NCBI GenBank assembly: GCA_026390015.1
Contig: JAPLGS010000103.1
Coordinates: forward strand, 41,941-105,940
Length of the DNA: 64,000 nt
Direction: 5' to 3'
Source: Chloroflexota bacterium
GTDB lineage: Bacteria > Chloroflexota > Anaerolineae > Anaerolineales > Villigracilaceae
Of the stretch, positions 38,526-52,343 are shown one piece after another. The translations under genes were made by a program, and so were the position numbers. The notes under the pieces are model-generated. The model had not been told where the DNA came from. It did not search any database and saw nothing but the letters and a program-made list of their open reading frames with translations. The first letter of the stretch is position 1. Each line of letters opens with the position of its first letter.

Positions 38526-38600
38526 TTATATTTGTCCTCCAAAATGTTGACTTGCCCTCATCCCTTTGCCCTTCCCCCAAAAGGAAAAGGGGCGGCAGGA

Positions 38601-38951
38601 TTATTTCTTTTCTCTTAACTCAGCCAAAACTTTTTCGATATGGTCTGCATTTTCTGGCGTGGGGTCCCAATGAAATTTCAATCTTGGAAAGGCACGCAGT
38701 TCAACTCGCGAGGCGAGAGTCCGCCTGAAGAAACCAGACGCGGATTCAAGTCCCTCGAGGATCTCTGCAGAACGTGAGGCGCCTTCGATGGCTGAGGCAT
38801 AAATATGTGCGAACGCGAGTTCCTTGTCAATTTTTACATCGGTGATGAAGATGTTCTTCAGACGCGGATCATTGGTCTCGCGGATAAGCAATTCCGAAAG
38901 TTCCTGACGGACACGGTCCTGGATGCGTTGTAAGCGAATTCCTGTTGGCAT
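38601..38951 (-). CDS. rbfA: 30S ribosome-binding factor A
   Basis: RLQRIQDRVRQEL...DPRL..IFITDV...LRAFPRLKFHWD; located after infB. Confidence 0.93.
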   Translation of the reverse strand: MPTGIRLQRIQDRVRQELSELLIRETNDPRLKNIFITDVKIDKELAFAHIYASAIEGASRSAEILEGLESASGFFRRTLASRVELRAFPRLKFHWDPTPENADHIEKVLAELREKK

Positions 38952-39008
38952 AATTTTATTTTTGATTTACGTTTTTTACTTGGTACATTGACACCTGACG
39001 CTTCGACA

Positions 39009-40778
39009 CTACTCTACAATATAACAAACCAACTGATCGCCAGGTTCGATATCGTTGAAGCTCTTGAAGCCAACACCGCATTCAAATCCCTGACGAATTT
39101 CCTTTACATCTTCCTTTTCGTGCCGCAGAGAAGACAGGTCACCTTCGTAGACCATATCCGCGCCGCGATAGAGACGCACGCGCGCGCCGCGTCTTAACTC
39201 GCCTTCAGTCACTTTGCAGCCCGCCACTTTACCAAACTTGGAAGCGGCGAAAGCGACCAATACTTGTGCGCGCCCGAGGACTCTTTCCACGAGTTTGGGT
39301 TCGAGCATACCGTTGAGCGCTTTCTCTATGTCTTCGGTCATGCGGTAGATGATCTCGTACAGCCGAATATCAACACCTTCTTTTTCAGCGAGGCGGCGTC
39401 CGTCCACATCTGCTTGCACGTTGAAGCCAATGATAATGGCTTTAGATGCAGAAGCAAGCATAACGTCATTGTTGCCGATATTGCCAGTCTCAGCGTGCAG
39501 GATATGCAAGCCGATCTCGCCTTCACCGAGTTTGTTGAGTTCATTGACGATCGGGTCAAGCGACCCTTGCACATCCGCTTTGATGATGAGGTTAAGTCCC
39601 TTGGCTTCGCCTGCCTGGACATTGGCAAACAGATCTTCGAGCGAAACTTTTTTCTTGGTTTGGGAAAGAGTCTTGGCGGCGTCAGTCCGTTCAGCAACGA
39701 TGCTGCGCGCCTCTTTTTCAGATTTCACGACCTGGAAAATATCACCAGCGGAGGGCATGCCGCTTAATCCCATCACAGCTACCGGCGTGGATGGACCGGC
39801 TTTCTTGATCGGTTTGCCTTTGTGATCTGTGATGGCGCGCAGTTTTCCGTATGAAGTTCCCGCCACGACAATATCACCAGCTTCGAGTGTTCCATTTTGA
39901 ACAAGCAAAGTCGCCATCACTCCTTTGGCTTTATCCAATTCGGCTTCGATGACGGTGCCGATGACTTTTCCACCGGGGTTGGCTTTGATGCCGTTGCTGT
40001 CAGCTACGAGCAAAATGCCTTCAAGTAGATCGTCAATTCCTTTATTTTGTTTTGCAGAAACAGCCACCACCATCGTATTGCCGCCCCATTCATCGGGGAC
40101 GAGTTCGAGTTCGGCGAGCTGCTGTTTTACACGATCGGGATTGGCGTTGGCTTTGTCAACTTTATTTAATGCAACCAGCAGGGGCACGCGCGCGGCTTTG
40201 GCATGTGCGATGGCTTCGCGGGTTTGCGGCATGACGCCATCATCCGCAGCGACAACAAGCACGACAATATCCGCGCCCTGTGCGCCGCGTGCGCGCATTT
40301 GTGTAAACGCGGCATGCCCAGGTGTATCGAGGAACGTGATCAGGCGTCCCTTTTTTTCAACTTGATACGCGCCGATGTGCTGGGTAATTCCGCCGGCTTC
40401 GCCTGCGGCAACTTCTGTTTGACGAATGGCATCCAAGAGACTGGTCTTGCCGTGATCCACGTGACCGAGAATAGTCACCACGGGAGGCCGCGCTTTTAAG
40501 AGAGAAACATTTTCTCCCGCGATCATTTGACGCCAAAGCGGCACTTCCCCGGCTTCTTCTTTCGTCGAATCTTCCGATGCTTCGAGTACAGCTTCAAATC
40601 CATACTCACCAACCACGATCGCGGCTGTGTCAAAATCCACGCTCTGATTAATGGTCGCCATCACGCCATTTGACATCAATTTTTTAATTAGATCAATTGG
40701 ACTTTTTTCGATCTTGAGCGCCAGGTCGCGGATCACAATGTTGGCGGGTAATTCAAGTTTAGTAATGGTAGTGCTCAT
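39009..40778 (-). CDS. infB: Translation initiation factor IF-2 (short form, 589 aa)
   Basis: [53 protein letters not shown]. Confidence 0.98.
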   Translation of the reverse strand: MSTTITKLELPANIVIRDLALKIEKSPIDLIKKLMSNGVMATINQSVDFDTAAIVVGEYGFEAVLEASEDSTKEEAGEVPLWRQMIAGENVSLLKARPPVVTILGHVDHGKTSLLDAIRQTEVAAGEAGGITQHIGAYQVEKKGRLITFLDTPGHAAFTQMRARGAQGADIVVLVVAADDGVMPQTREAIAHAKAARVPLLVALNKVDKANANPDRVKQQLAELELVPDEWGGNTMVVAVSAKQNKGIDDLLEGILLVADSNGIKANPGGKVIGTVIEAELDKAKGVMATLLVQNGTLEAGDIVVAGTSYGKLRAITDHKGKPIKKAGPSTPVAVMGLSGMPSAGDIFQVVKSEKEARSIVAERTDAAKTLSQTKKKVSLEDLFANVQAGEAKGLNLIIKADVQGSLDPIVNELNKLGEGEIGLHILHAETGNIGNNDVMLASASKAIIIGFNVQADVDGRRLAEKEGVDIRLYEIIYRMTEDIEKALNGMLEPKLVERVLGRAQVLVAFAASKFGKVAGCKVTEGELRRGARVRLYRGADMVYEGDLSSLRHEKEDVKEIRQGFECGVGFKSFNDIEPGDQLVCYIVE

Positions 40779-40863
40779 AGGCCACCTCCTTCTAATTTGC
40801 GAATATTAGTTTTCAATATTCGCTATTTTCCAATTCCCCGGTAAGTGACCAGTGTGCGAGTGG

Positions 40864-41184
40864 CTATTCGTTCACATGGTTTACCTTATTGGTCTCTGCA
40901 GGCAGAGTGTTCATAAAATTTTCCAATTGAACGCGGTCTTCTGCGGTCAATTCTGCTTTGAGCGCATTCGCCAAAGCTCCCCTCAATCCGCGTTGCCAAC
41001 ATTCGCGGCTGTCGTGTAAATAAGCACCTCTGCCAGCCAACTTGCCGGTTGGGTCTACTCGTACCCCTTCAGCCGTGCGCACGACCCGCAGCATTTGCCT
41101 TTTGGGCAAAACTTCGCGGCATCCCACGCAAGTCCGTTGGGGCACATGTTTTAAACGTTGGAAGGGTTTCTTCTTCACCTTCAA
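40864..41184 (-). CDS. ylxR: YlxR family RNA-binding protein
   Basis: PQRTCVGC, GRGAYL; located between nusA and infB. Confidence 0.92.
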   Translation of the reverse strand: MKVKKKPFQRLKHVPQRTCVGCREVLPKRQMLRVVRTAEGVRVDPTGKLAGRGAYLHDSRECWQRGLRGALANALKAELTAEDRVQLENFMNTLPAETNKVNHVNE

Positions 41185-41226
41185 TTTATCCCAAAAGGAA
41201 CTGCCCCGCTTGGGGGAAGGGATAAT

Positions 41227-43092
41227 TTATTCCCAATCACTGCCGGTATCATCTTCGCCGCCGCGTTTGTGGATCTTGCGGCCAACAACCGCGCCGAGTC
41301 CTTCGTCAAACTCTAGTGCGACGGCTTTCTTCTTGCCTTTACTGCCTTTCTTCTTATCACTGGATTCCTCATCTGCAGAGCCGGTGTTTTGGAAGGTTTC
41401 AGGCTTCATCTTGAACAATTCATCCAATGAGACGCCATCCTTCGCGTTCTCTTCTTCATCGACTTTCTTCGCATCTTTCCTGTCTTCGACTTGCTTCTTC
41501 TCGAACGGCATTTCATCCGCTGTGAGGCCTTCCACAGCAACAGCCTCGGCGATGACAGGCTCTTCATTTTTTACAATCTCGAGCACTGGTTCTGGGAATG
41601 TGAGCGCGGCGAGAGATTCTTCAATATTTTGTAAGGCTTTCGAGCCAATGCCCGCCAGCCCAAGAACTTTATTGGCATCCATTTTAAGGGCGAACATTAA
41701 ACTGCCCACAGTTTCAAAGCCAGCCTCGGTAAGGATGTTAAAAATATGTTCCTTAACGCCAACCTGTTCAAGCGGCATGGTGAAGGCGGCGGCAGGGACA
41801 TCCGCGCGCGCTGCTGTGGTGCGTGCTTCCTCCAGACGGGCGGCTTCTTCCTTGATCTGGATCGTGCGGCGTTCGACTTGATCGATAAATTTTCCGAGCG
41901 CCGTGTATTCTTCCGGCATGATCGGACGATTCTCGGCTTTCTTCGCGAGAATTTCCTGAATTTGCGGAATGACTTCCACCGCGGCGGGTATCAGCGCGGC
42001 AAGTTCCGCATTGTTCTGTAATTTCTTTAGCGAGTCACCGGAGGCTTCGCTCAAAGACTTGATATCAATGCGCCAGCCGGTCAACTTGGCGGCGAGGCGC
42101 GCATTCTGTCCATCACGGCCAATGGCGAGACTCAGTTGATCTTCACCTACAACCACTGTCGCAGTGCGCGCGCCATCATTCTCAGCAAGATACACGCCGT
42201 TGACGCGTGCCGGGCTGATGGCTTTGGAGATATAAATTATGGGGTCTTGATCCCATTGGATAATGTCAATTTTTTCATCGTGTAATTCCTTCACGATGGC
42301 TTGAATACGAACACCCTTGATTCCCACACAAGCGCCAACCGGGTCGATGCCGGCCTGCGTCGCAGAGACAGCCACTTTAGCGCGCGCGCCAGGTTCACGC
42401 GCAATCGCGCGAATCTCAACAATGCCATGATAAATTTCAGGAACTTCATTTTCAAGCAGGCGCCGCAGAAAATTACGATGTGCGCGTGAAAGTACAATTT
42501 GCGGGCCGCGTGTGCCATCTTTTACTTCCAGTACCACTGCGCGAATTCTGTCGTGTAATTTAAGTCTTTCGCCGGGAATCTTTTGATTATTAGGCATAAC
42601 GCCTTCGGCCTTCATATCAAGACCGATGGTTGCACTCTGCGCGTTGGAAGCCTGCACCAACCCTGAAACGATTTCTCCAACCTGGCGCTCAAAATATTGC
42701 ATTTGATTGGAACGCTCAGCCTCGCGAATACGCTGCTGAATCACCTGACGTGCAGTCTGCGCGGCTACGCGGCCAAAGTCTGCAGGCGTGGTTTCAACGA
42801 TGACCATGTCACCAAGCTGGGCTTCGGGGTTAACCTTACGTGCTTCTTCCAAAAGCACTTCAGTGTGATCGTCAACGATGTTGTCTTCAACCACTTCCTT
42901 CTCGGCGTAAACAGTAACCTTGCCGGTATCAGGATCAAGTTTGGCTTCCACATGCTGCGCCGTAGATGCGCTTACAGCGCGGCGATAGGCAGAGACCATC
43001 GCTGATTCAATTGCAGAAACAACGATATCCTTGGCAAGTTGTTTTTCTTCAAGTACTTCATTGAAAGCTAATGCAAATTCATTTTTAGGCAT
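41227..43092 (-). CDS. nusA: Transcription elongation factor NusA with long C-terminal extension (HhH / alpha-CTD-like repeat, acidic tail)
   Basis: [63 protein letters not shown]. Start MPKNEF at 43092. Confidence 0.96.
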   Translation of the reverse strand: MPKNEFALAFNEVLEEKQLAKDIVVSAIESAMVSAYRRAVSASTAQHVEAKLDPDTGKVTVYAEKEVVEDNIVDDHTEVLLEEARKVNPEAQLGDMVIVETTPADFGRVAAQTARQVIQQRIREAERSNQMQYFERQVGEIVSGLVQASNAQSATIGLDMKAEGVMPNNQKIPGERLKLHDRIRAVVLEVKDGTRGPQIVLSRAHRNFLRRLLENEVPEIYHGIVEIRAIAREPGARAKVAVSATQAGIDPVGACVGIKGVRIQAIVKELHDEKIDIIQWDQDPIIYISKAISPARVNGVYLAENDGARTATVVVGEDQLSLAIGRDGQNARLAAKLTGWRIDIKSLSEASGDSLKKLQNNAELAALIPAAVEVIPQIQEILAKKAENRPIMPEEYTALGKFIDQVERRTIQIKEEAARLEEARTTAARADVPAAAFTMPLEQVGVKEHIFNILTEAGFETVGSLMFALKMDANKVLGLAGIGSKALQNIEESLAALTFPEPVLEIVKNEEPVIAEAVAVEGLTADEMPFEKKQVEDRKDAKKVDEEENAKDGVSLDELFKMKPETFQNTGSADEESSDKKKGSKGKKKAVALEFDEGLGAVVGRKIHKRGGEDDTGSDWE

Positions 43093-43124
43093 ACTACTTA
43101 CTCCATCGCTCCTGTATACAAGCA

Positions 43125-43149
43125 GAAAAGTGGGGGTTACCCACTTTTC
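43125..43149 (-). promoter_or_regulatory. rimP-leader-like hairpin in the nusA 5' UTR
   Basis: On the minus strand GAAAAGTGGG-taacc-CCCACTTTTC, a perfect 10-bp stem with the GTGGG/CCCAC core, 32 nt before the nusA ATG. Confidence 0.6.
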
Positions 43150-43184
43150 GATGTCTTCTTTATGGGGTTTTCCGTGCGCTTGAG

Positions 43185-43221
43185 ATTTTAGCATAGAGGG
43201 ATGGAAGGCGCAAGGTATAAT
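43185..43221. promoter_or_regulatory. Overlapping divergent promoters (nusA operon on minus strand, methyltransferase on plus strand)
   Basis: Minus strand: TTGCGC (43213-08), 17 nt, TAAAAT (43190-85). Plus strand: TATAAT at 43216-21, 7 nt before the ATG. Confidence 0.55.
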
Positions 43222-43228
43222 CGCGACT

Positions 43229-43963
43229 ATGATTAAAAGAGACATGCAAAAAGCCGCGCTGCGCGGTGAGCCATCTTACGTGTGGCGGGCGGGCCAACAA
43301 CGGCGGCTTGATATGATCGTGCGCGCCGCGGGTCAACGCGTTGATGGTCTTGTACTTGAAAATGGCTGCGGCGTGGGAATGTATGTTGAAAAACTAACCA
43401 GCCTCGGGAGCCGTGTGATCGGATTGGAATATGATTTTGAACGGGCACTTGAAGCGGGAATTAAATCTGATGAGATCATCAATGCCGCGGGTGAATTCGT
43501 CCCACTGCTCTCTTCGACTTTTGACTTGATCCTCAGCCACGAAGTGATCGAACACGTTCAGGATGACCGCACCGCGATCTGTGAGATGCTGCGTTTGCTA
43601 AAACCCGGTGGACGCGCTGTGATCTTTTGTCCCAATCGTGGTTATCCATTTGAAACACATGGGATTTTTTGGAAGGGAAAATATATTTTCGGGAATATAT
43701 TGTTCGTGAATTATTTTCCGCGCACGCTGCGGAATAAACTTGCGCCGCATGTGCGCGTCTATTCAAAACGTGATATTCAAAAATTGTTTGACGGGTTGAG
43801 CGTGAAATTTATTGAGCGCACGATCATCTTCGGCGCGTACGATAATATTATTGCGCGTTTTGGAGTGACGGGAAAATTCCTGCGAATGCTCCTGCAATTC
43901 CTTGAAACCACACCGCTGAAATGGTTTGGGCTGTCACATTTTTGGGTTGTTGAAAAAGTTTAA
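43229..43963 (+). CDS. Class I SAM-dependent methyltransferase
   Basis: VLENGCGVG, FDLILSHEVIEHV, LLKPGG. Confidence 0.9.
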   Translation: MIKRDMQKAALRGEPSYVWRAGQQRRLDMIVRAAGQRVDGLVLENGCGVGMYVEKLTSLGSRVIGLEYDFERALEAGIKSDEIINAAGEFVPLLSSTFDLILSHEVIEHVQDDRTAICEMLRLLKPGGRAVIFCPNRGYPFETHGIFWKGKYIFGNILFVNYFPRTLRNKLAPHVRVYSKRDIQKLFDGLSVKFIERTIIFGAYDNIIARFGVTGKFLRMLLQFLETTPLKWFGLSHFWVVEKV

Positions 43964-43999
43964 ATAAAAATACGGGTTCATGATGAACTCGTATTTTTA

Positions 44000-45151
44000 T
44001 TAACTCGCTTCGCCAAAAACAATAACCATAATATGCTGGTTCAAAAACTTCGGAGGTTCTGCGCCCGCGGATGTTATTTGCCCCAAAGTATAGCCGCCTG
44101 CGATTGGAATCTTCGACCCCAAAATTTCCTGAACAGCGTTGATCTCGATGCCAGGTTGTGCTTTGAGAAGCATTTGCCAGGCAACATCCACAAGCACAAG
44201 CGCGAAAGCAGGTTTTGCATCGCCGAGTTGCAGTAAGGCTTGTTGCGTGGCTTGGCGTGCGGCGCGCTCACAGGCGGCGCGACTGCCCACCAGCAAATAG
44301 GCATCGATCCCTTCGCGGATGTTGGCGTTCATACGAAAACTACCGTCGGCTTCCACGCGGATCGGGGCGCGTACCAACAGATCTTCACCCTGCTCAATAC
44401 CAAGTGGATATAATCGCGCAAGATAATTTAATGGAGGGAATGCCCAATCGCGGGCAGGATAGCCAAAAAGCCCGGCATAAGTTTCGGATGCCGGACGGCC
44501 ATCCAATGTGCGCAGCCAAAAACCACGTGAACGCGTGATTCGGAATTGCCTCCCAACCGGATCCCAACCATGATCTACTCCCACTCCTATTTTTAAATTG
44601 CCACGCAAAAATGCGGCGACCAATCCGCCGGCGCCGGTTTGACTGCCAGCCATTTGATATGTATTGCCTGTGTGCAAATCTCCACTAGAAAGCCCTCCCA
44701 TAACTTTCACGCCAGATGTAATGCCGCCGCAGAATTGTTCGGCGTCGCCATTAAAACCATCAGCAAAGAATAACAAAGACTGCGGCTCTGCCCGCGCGGC
44801 GGCTTGTTGTTCGATCTTCGAGGCTGTCTCGCGTCCCGACTGTGCATAGCCGGGAAGCCACAAGGTTTCCGCATGAAAATCTCCGGCCAGAATGGCTACT
44901 ACAACTGAATGTGGACGCAAACCTTCCTGCGTAAGCCCGGCGGGGGAACTAAAACCGATCATTGGAACATCACCCAATAGACTGCTAATGCCGTTACTTA
45001 CTTCACGCGCCTGATATTGATGTGAAGCGATCACCACGGCCAAGCCCGGCGTGCTAGCGCCCATACCATTCAAGGCTTGATGCGCCGCCTGTAAACCAGC
45101 TTCGCGTCCATCTAATGCCTGCGCAGATCCTACAGATGAGATCAATGTCAT
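44000..45151 (-). CDS. FIST N+C domain signal transduction protein (stand-alone)
   Basis: PMIGFSSPAG, GGLSSGD, GVDHGWDPVG...ITRS.G.....LDGRPA, YPLG, PIAGGYTLGQI. Confidence 0.88.
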   Translation of the reverse strand: MTLISSVGSAQALDGREAGLQAAHQALNGMGASTPGLAVVIASHQYQAREVSNGISSLLGDVPMIGFSSPAGLTQEGLRPHSVVVAILAGDFHAETLWLPGYAQSGRETASKIEQQAAARAEPQSLLFFADGFNGDAEQFCGGITSGVKVMGGLSSGDLHTGNTYQMAGSQTGAGGLVAAFLRGNLKIGVGVDHGWDPVGRQFRITRSRGFWLRTLDGRPASETYAGLFGYPARDWAFPPLNYLARLYPLGIEQGEDLLVRAPIRVEADGSFRMNANIREGIDAYLLVGSRAACERAARQATQQALLQLGDAKPAFALVLVDVAWQMLLKAQPGIEINAVQEILGSKIPIAGGYTLGQITSAGAEPPKFLNQHIMVIVFGEAS

Positions 45152-45157
45152 ATTAAC

Positions 45158-48100
45158 TCAGGACTCTTCCGCAACCGGGATTGTAAAGTGAAATGTTGAG
45201 CCTTTGCGAAATTCGCTTTCAAACCAGATGCGTCCGCCCTGCATTTCAACCAGGCTCTTCGTGATATTCAAACCCAAGCCTGTGCCAGGTGTTTCACGCG
45301 CTTTGGGATCATCAGAACGAAAGAATTTTTGGAACATTTTTTGCTGATCTTCCTGACTCATACCGATGCCATTATCTTTGACCCACAAGTGAATGACGCG
45401 CGCTGCGCGCTGCGCATCCCATTGATTGGCAGTTTCTTCAGCGCCCATCTGAAGTACTCCACCTTCAGATGTATATTTATAAGCATTACTGAGAAGGTTG
45501 GTAAGTACCTGACCAACGCGGATGCGATCTGCCCAGATGGGGGCAAGATTCTCAGCTACAACGATATTCAGTGTCTGCTTCTTGTCCTCAACCTGACGCT
45601 TCATGGAACGGACAACTTCATCGATCAGAGCAGCAACATCCGTTGATTTATATTCAAGTCGCAGGCGGCCCGCTTCGATCTTGGAATTATCATTAAGATC
45701 CGAAACCAAAGTGGACATGCGTTCAACATTATTCTTGATCGTATACAGGAAGTTGGTCTGCATTTCGTTAATTGTTCCAACCGCGCCTCCGGCTAATAAT
45801 TCTGTATATCCTTTAATAGATGTCATCGGATTCTTTAATTCGTGCGCCACGAATGAAACGAAATCACTCTTGGCAATATTGGCGCGCTGAACTTCGCCAT
45901 ACAGTTGCGCGTTGGATATAGCGATGGCGGCATGGTCAGTAAGGCGGGTAAGGAATTCAATATCCACTTGTGTATCGTTTGTGCTTTCCAAATACAGCAA
46001 ACCAATGACAGCCGCTTCGCGACGAATGGGAATGATTATTTGCGTATGGGTAGTGGGAAGTAATTTATCTCTGGAAGCCGCAACCGCCGCTTGTTTGGGT
46101 TGGCCTGATTCGACTGCTTTGAGCATAAAGGGTATTTCTATTTTCATGGTCTGATCGGGCAAATTCGCAATATTCTCTTCGAAACCTTGATATGACATAA
46201 CCCGAAGGTTGGATTCATCCAACATGCCGATCAGTCCTGCTTCTGCGCCGGATTGCCGCAAAGCCCAATCCAGTGTGATGCGCATGGCGCGATCCATTTC
46301 AAGGCTGGCATTCAATTCACGGTCAATACGCTGCATGACCGAGAGTTCTTCCACACGGGCAGCCAGTTTCTGATCGGTCAGTTCATAGAGACGGGCGTTT
46401 TCAATGGCGACAGCTGCCTGCCCGGCGAAGGCGGTGAGCAGGGTTTGGTCATCATGAATGAATGGAAGTCCATCACGACGATTGATCACTTCGATCACGC
46501 CACTGACAATATCCTTTGATTGCAAGGGCACTGCCATCAGCGAGCGGCTGACAAATCCCGTTTGTTGATCGACACCTTTGAATCGAACCGCTGAAAGTTG
46601 TTGAGTTTCATTTTCGATCACAGGCGCACGCAACTGCACTGCGCGCCCGACAATCCCCGTACCAGCAGGCAAGCGTTGGCCAATTAAGTTAGAAGCGACG
46701 GGCCCAACCGTGGCCTTAAATATCAAATCACTGGTTTGCTCATCTACAAGAAACAAACTGCCGGCTTCACAATTCAAAATACCCACCGCATTCTCAAGAA
46801 TATTTTGCAGAAGTGGCCCCAGCTCAAGTGTAGATGTTAATTGCTGTGTAATTTCATTCAAAATTGAAAGCTGATGCTCGCGTTGTTGAGTTTCTTCAAG
46901 CAAACGTGCCTTGACGATCGCGCCTGCAGTTTGATCGGCAATCGCCTGTAAAAGTTCTAGCTGGCCGCGCGTATAAACCGTAACACCATCACGGTTGCCA
47001 ACGCTAAGGGCGCCAATGGATTCCGCGCCCGCATTAAGCGGCACACCCATCCACGCAAAAGTATTCTCAGTGGATGGGCTAAGATTACGCGCCTGACATT
47101 CCTGGAGGTAATCGGTTGTGATGATCGGACGACTCTTGCGGATCACTTCCGGGCTGAGGCCTGAATTGGCCGAAAATGACAGATTCTCACGCTCAGGCAG
47201 ACGCTCACCATTCTCAACACAGAAACCATAATAATAGGAATCACTATTTTTATCATACAGAGTAATATGGAAATAATTGATGGAAATGATCTGGTCTGTC
47301 TGAGCATAGATCAGTTCAAGCACATCGTCAAAAGTTAATGTTACGTTCACTCCCTGAGATACACGCGTCAACGCCTTCATTTCATGGATCTGACGCTCAA
47401 GGCGCGCAACCGTTTGAACACGCGCAAGCGCGATAGAGGCCTGGTCGCAAATATTCTCCAGAAATCTCACATCGCGCGGCGTGTATGGCTGACCAGATAA
47501 ACGCGGACCCAAAGCCAGCCAGCCATTTTCACGTTCCTTACCCGGCAATGCAATGAATAAACGGGCTCCAAGCAATGCAATGCGCGATTGATCAGACTGC
47601 AGGGATGAAGGGAATGCCGTGGCTGTATCCAAATAAAGAGGCAGCCGCTCCTTTTCAAAGTAGTGAGCAAGCGGACTTCCAGCAGAAAATCGAATATCAC
47701 TTGTAGATCGGCGGTCAGCGCCCGGCAGGGCTGCGAAATAATCGTCGAGAGAATCGTATGTGTAGATGTGGATGCGGCTTGGGGCCAGGGTTGAAGCGAT
47801 CTGTTCGCGCAGAACCGTACCAATGGTGTTGATATCCAATGTGATGGTAAGCCTGTGAGAGAAGCTCTCAAGTTGTTCAGCAAAGGCACGTTCGCCGCGA
47901 AAAAAGATGGCATCGACAAGCCGTTGCAATCGTATGCGGATCGGTTCAAGCAGGAGCGCAAGCAGGAAGATATATCCGCCTACCAGATAAGCATTGTTCG
48001 CAGGCAAACTGGTATTCATGAAAAAGCTTATTCCTGTAACGATCAATGCATATCCGCCCATAACAAATATGGTCAGGATGATATACATAAATCCGCGCCG

Positions 48101-49183
48101 AACCAGATCATCGGTGCGCAGGAATTTAAAACGCATAATGTTATAACCGATCACTGCCGGAAAAATAACGATTGGCAAAAAGAGATACGGTGAGAAGTTG
48201 AGCGCCAATATCCCTCCTAGCACGAGCCAAATGCTAAGGGGAATAAAAGACATCAGTGCGCCAACCAGTGTAGCGCGAGACTGTGTTTTCACCACTGGAG
48301 ATTGCGCGTAAAAGGCGTAATAAAAATTTACCCCAAGCAGGAACAAGATACTAAAGGCAACATACGCATAAATGATCCTCCAATAACCAATGTATGCGAC
48401 TGGAGAACTCAAGTTGAAAATCGAGGGAGTTGCGATCATTGCCATCACCAACCCCACGATCAGACCGATCCAGCGCAGGTATGGGCGATCAAGGATCAAT
48501 CGTGGATTCTGCGGGAATGAAAGCGCCAGGGCGATCAACGCTCCGCCGGAGATGGCGCAGCTGAACATCCAGATGATCGTAAATTCGTGAGTCGTTGAGA
48601 TGTTAAAGAAGGCGCCTGTGGCAATGGCAATGGACGATGCAAAAAGCGAAAAAGCTCGCCCGGCGGGTTCATTGCGGCGCAGACCAAAGATCCACAAACT
48701 AAAGATCAGAAAAATTACACTGATCACAGTTGGTATAACAAAATAAAGAGTGACACTTTCAAACGGGAATATCTTCAGAATGACATCGAGGTCACGCGTC
48801 TCTCCATTTGCGAAATGAACTGTGATAGGAATTGTATCCCCTGTAGAGAACCTGCCCGAGATCACATTTCGGACATCTCTTTGGCTTCTCACCGGCACGT
48901 GATTAACTGCAATGAGCTGATCACCGCTGGAAACAAGCGCATTAAATTCCCAGGCGCTCCCCTTTTGAACAGGGCCCGTATCGACAAAGACCAGTGTATG
49001 TTCATAAAAGGAACCTATAAAAGGTTCCTTGATCCAGCCAATGGCCAGGTAAATAGATGCAATAAAAATGAACACAGCGACTGTCTGATAACTCAGCACA
49101 ATCCACGTGAAGATATTATCAATCATTTTATTGGCAGGTATCGTTTCTTGAAGCAGACCGGATTGCACAACCTGAGCTTTCAT
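45158..49183 (-). CDS. Membrane sensor histidine kinase: PDZ-like, multi-TM, four GAF, HisKA, HATPase
   Basis: FVAHELKNPMTSIKG, NLLSNAYKY, DNGIGM, GTGLGL, GSTF; four GAF-type segments ending DQA/GQA/DHA..AI.NA.L. Confidence 0.92.
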   Translation of the reverse strand: MKAQVVQSGLLQETIPANKMIDNIFTWIVLSYQTVAVFIFIASIYLAIGWIKEPFIGSFYEHTLVFVDTGPVQKGSAWEFNALVSSGDQLIAVNHVPVRSQRDVRNVISGRFSTGDTIPITVHFANGETRDLDVILKIFPFESVTLYFVIPTVISVIFLIFSLWIFGLRRNEPAGRAFSLFASSIAIATGAFFNISTTHEFTIIWMFSCAISGGALIALALSFPQNPRLILDRPYLRWIGLIVGLVMAMIATPSIFNLSSPVAYIGYWRIIYAYVAFSILFLLGVNFYYAFYAQSPVVKTQSRATLVGALMSFIPLSIWLVLGGILALNFSPYLFLPIVIFPAVIGYNIMRFKFLRTDDLVRRGFMYIILTIFVMGGYALIVTGISFFMNTSLPANNAYLVGGYIFLLALLLEPIRIRLQRLVDAIFFRGERAFAEQLESFSHRLTITLDINTIGTVLREQIASTLAPSRIHIYTYDSLDDYFAALPGADRRSTSDIRFSAGSPLAHYFEKERLPLYLDTATAFPSSLQSDQSRIALLGARLFIALPGKERENGWLALGPRLSGQPYTPRDVRFLENICDQASIALARVQTVARLERQIHEMKALTRVSQGVNVTLTFDDVLELIYAQTDQIISINYFHITLYDKNSDSYYYGFCVENGERLPERENLSFSANSGLSPEVIRKSRPIITTDYLQECQARNLSPSTENTFAWMGVPLNAGAESIGALSVGNRDGVTVYTRGQLELLQAIADQTAGAIVKARLLEETQQREHQLSILNEITQQLTSTLELGPLLQNILENAVGILNCEAGSLFLVDEQTSDLIFKATVGPVASNLIGQRLPAGTGIVGRAVQLRAPVIENETQQLSAVRFKGVDQQTGFVSRSLMAVPLQSKDIVSGVIEVINRRDGLPFIHDDQTLLTAFAGQAAVAIENARLYELTDQKLAARVEELSVMQRIDRELNASLEMDRAMRITLDWALRQSGAEAGLIGMLDESNLRVMSYQGFEENIANLPDQTMKIEIPFMLKAVESGQPKQAAVAASRDKLLPTTHTQIIIPIRREAAVIGLLYLESTNDTQVDIEFLTRLTDHAAIAISNAQLYGEVQRANIAKSDFVSFVAHELKNPMTSIKGYTELLAGGAVGTINEMQTNFLYTIKNNVERMSTLVSDLNDNSKIEAGRLRLEYKSTDVAALIDEVVRSMKRQVEDKKQTLNIVVAENLAPIWADRIRVGQVLTNLLSNAYKYTSEGGVLQMGAEETANQWDAQRAARVIHLWVKDNGIGMSQEDQQKMFQKFFRSDDPKARETPGTGLGLNITKSLVEMQGGRIWFESEFRKGSTFHFTIPVAEES

Positions 49184-49256
49184 AATATTCAAATTTTACT
49201 CTACAATGCTTTTAGGTGCGTGGTGCTTTCATGACAAAGAAGTAAGGTAGAACCAT

Positions 49257-49292
49257 AAAAAGAGAGACTACGCAGGGCAGTCTCTCTTTAAT
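49257..49292 (-). terminator. Terminator after gyrB
   Basis: aaagagagact / agtctctcttt stem. Confidence 0.65.
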
Positions 49293-49328
49293 GATTATGA
49301 CAAAATCGAGCGGTTTGACGAACCGTAA

Positions 49329-52281
<2,953 letters not shown>

Positions 52282-52343
52282 AACATTTCGATTCTACCAT
52301 ACCCCTGCTTGCGCTCACGCCTCGCCACAGGTACAATCTTGTG

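Noticed and set aside
38555-38593. CCCTCATCCC...CCCTTC/GAAGGG-type palindrome after rbfA
   Set aside because: A single degenerate copy in the window; cannot be distinguished from an ordinary terminator-like hairpin.
41042-41881. 279-aa antisense ORF over nusA, and the 276-aa antisense ORF 59096..59926
   Set aside because: These are shadow ORFs opposite well-supported genes, with low-complexity Ser-rich translations.
43093-43245. N-terminal extensions in the ORF track (nusA, ribF, truB, cbiM, cbiO, flavin reductase, padR)
   Set aside because: Downstream ATGs with RBS or conserved N-termini (for example MHIPDGF for CbiM) are better starts, and the extensions overlap promoters or neighbouring genes.
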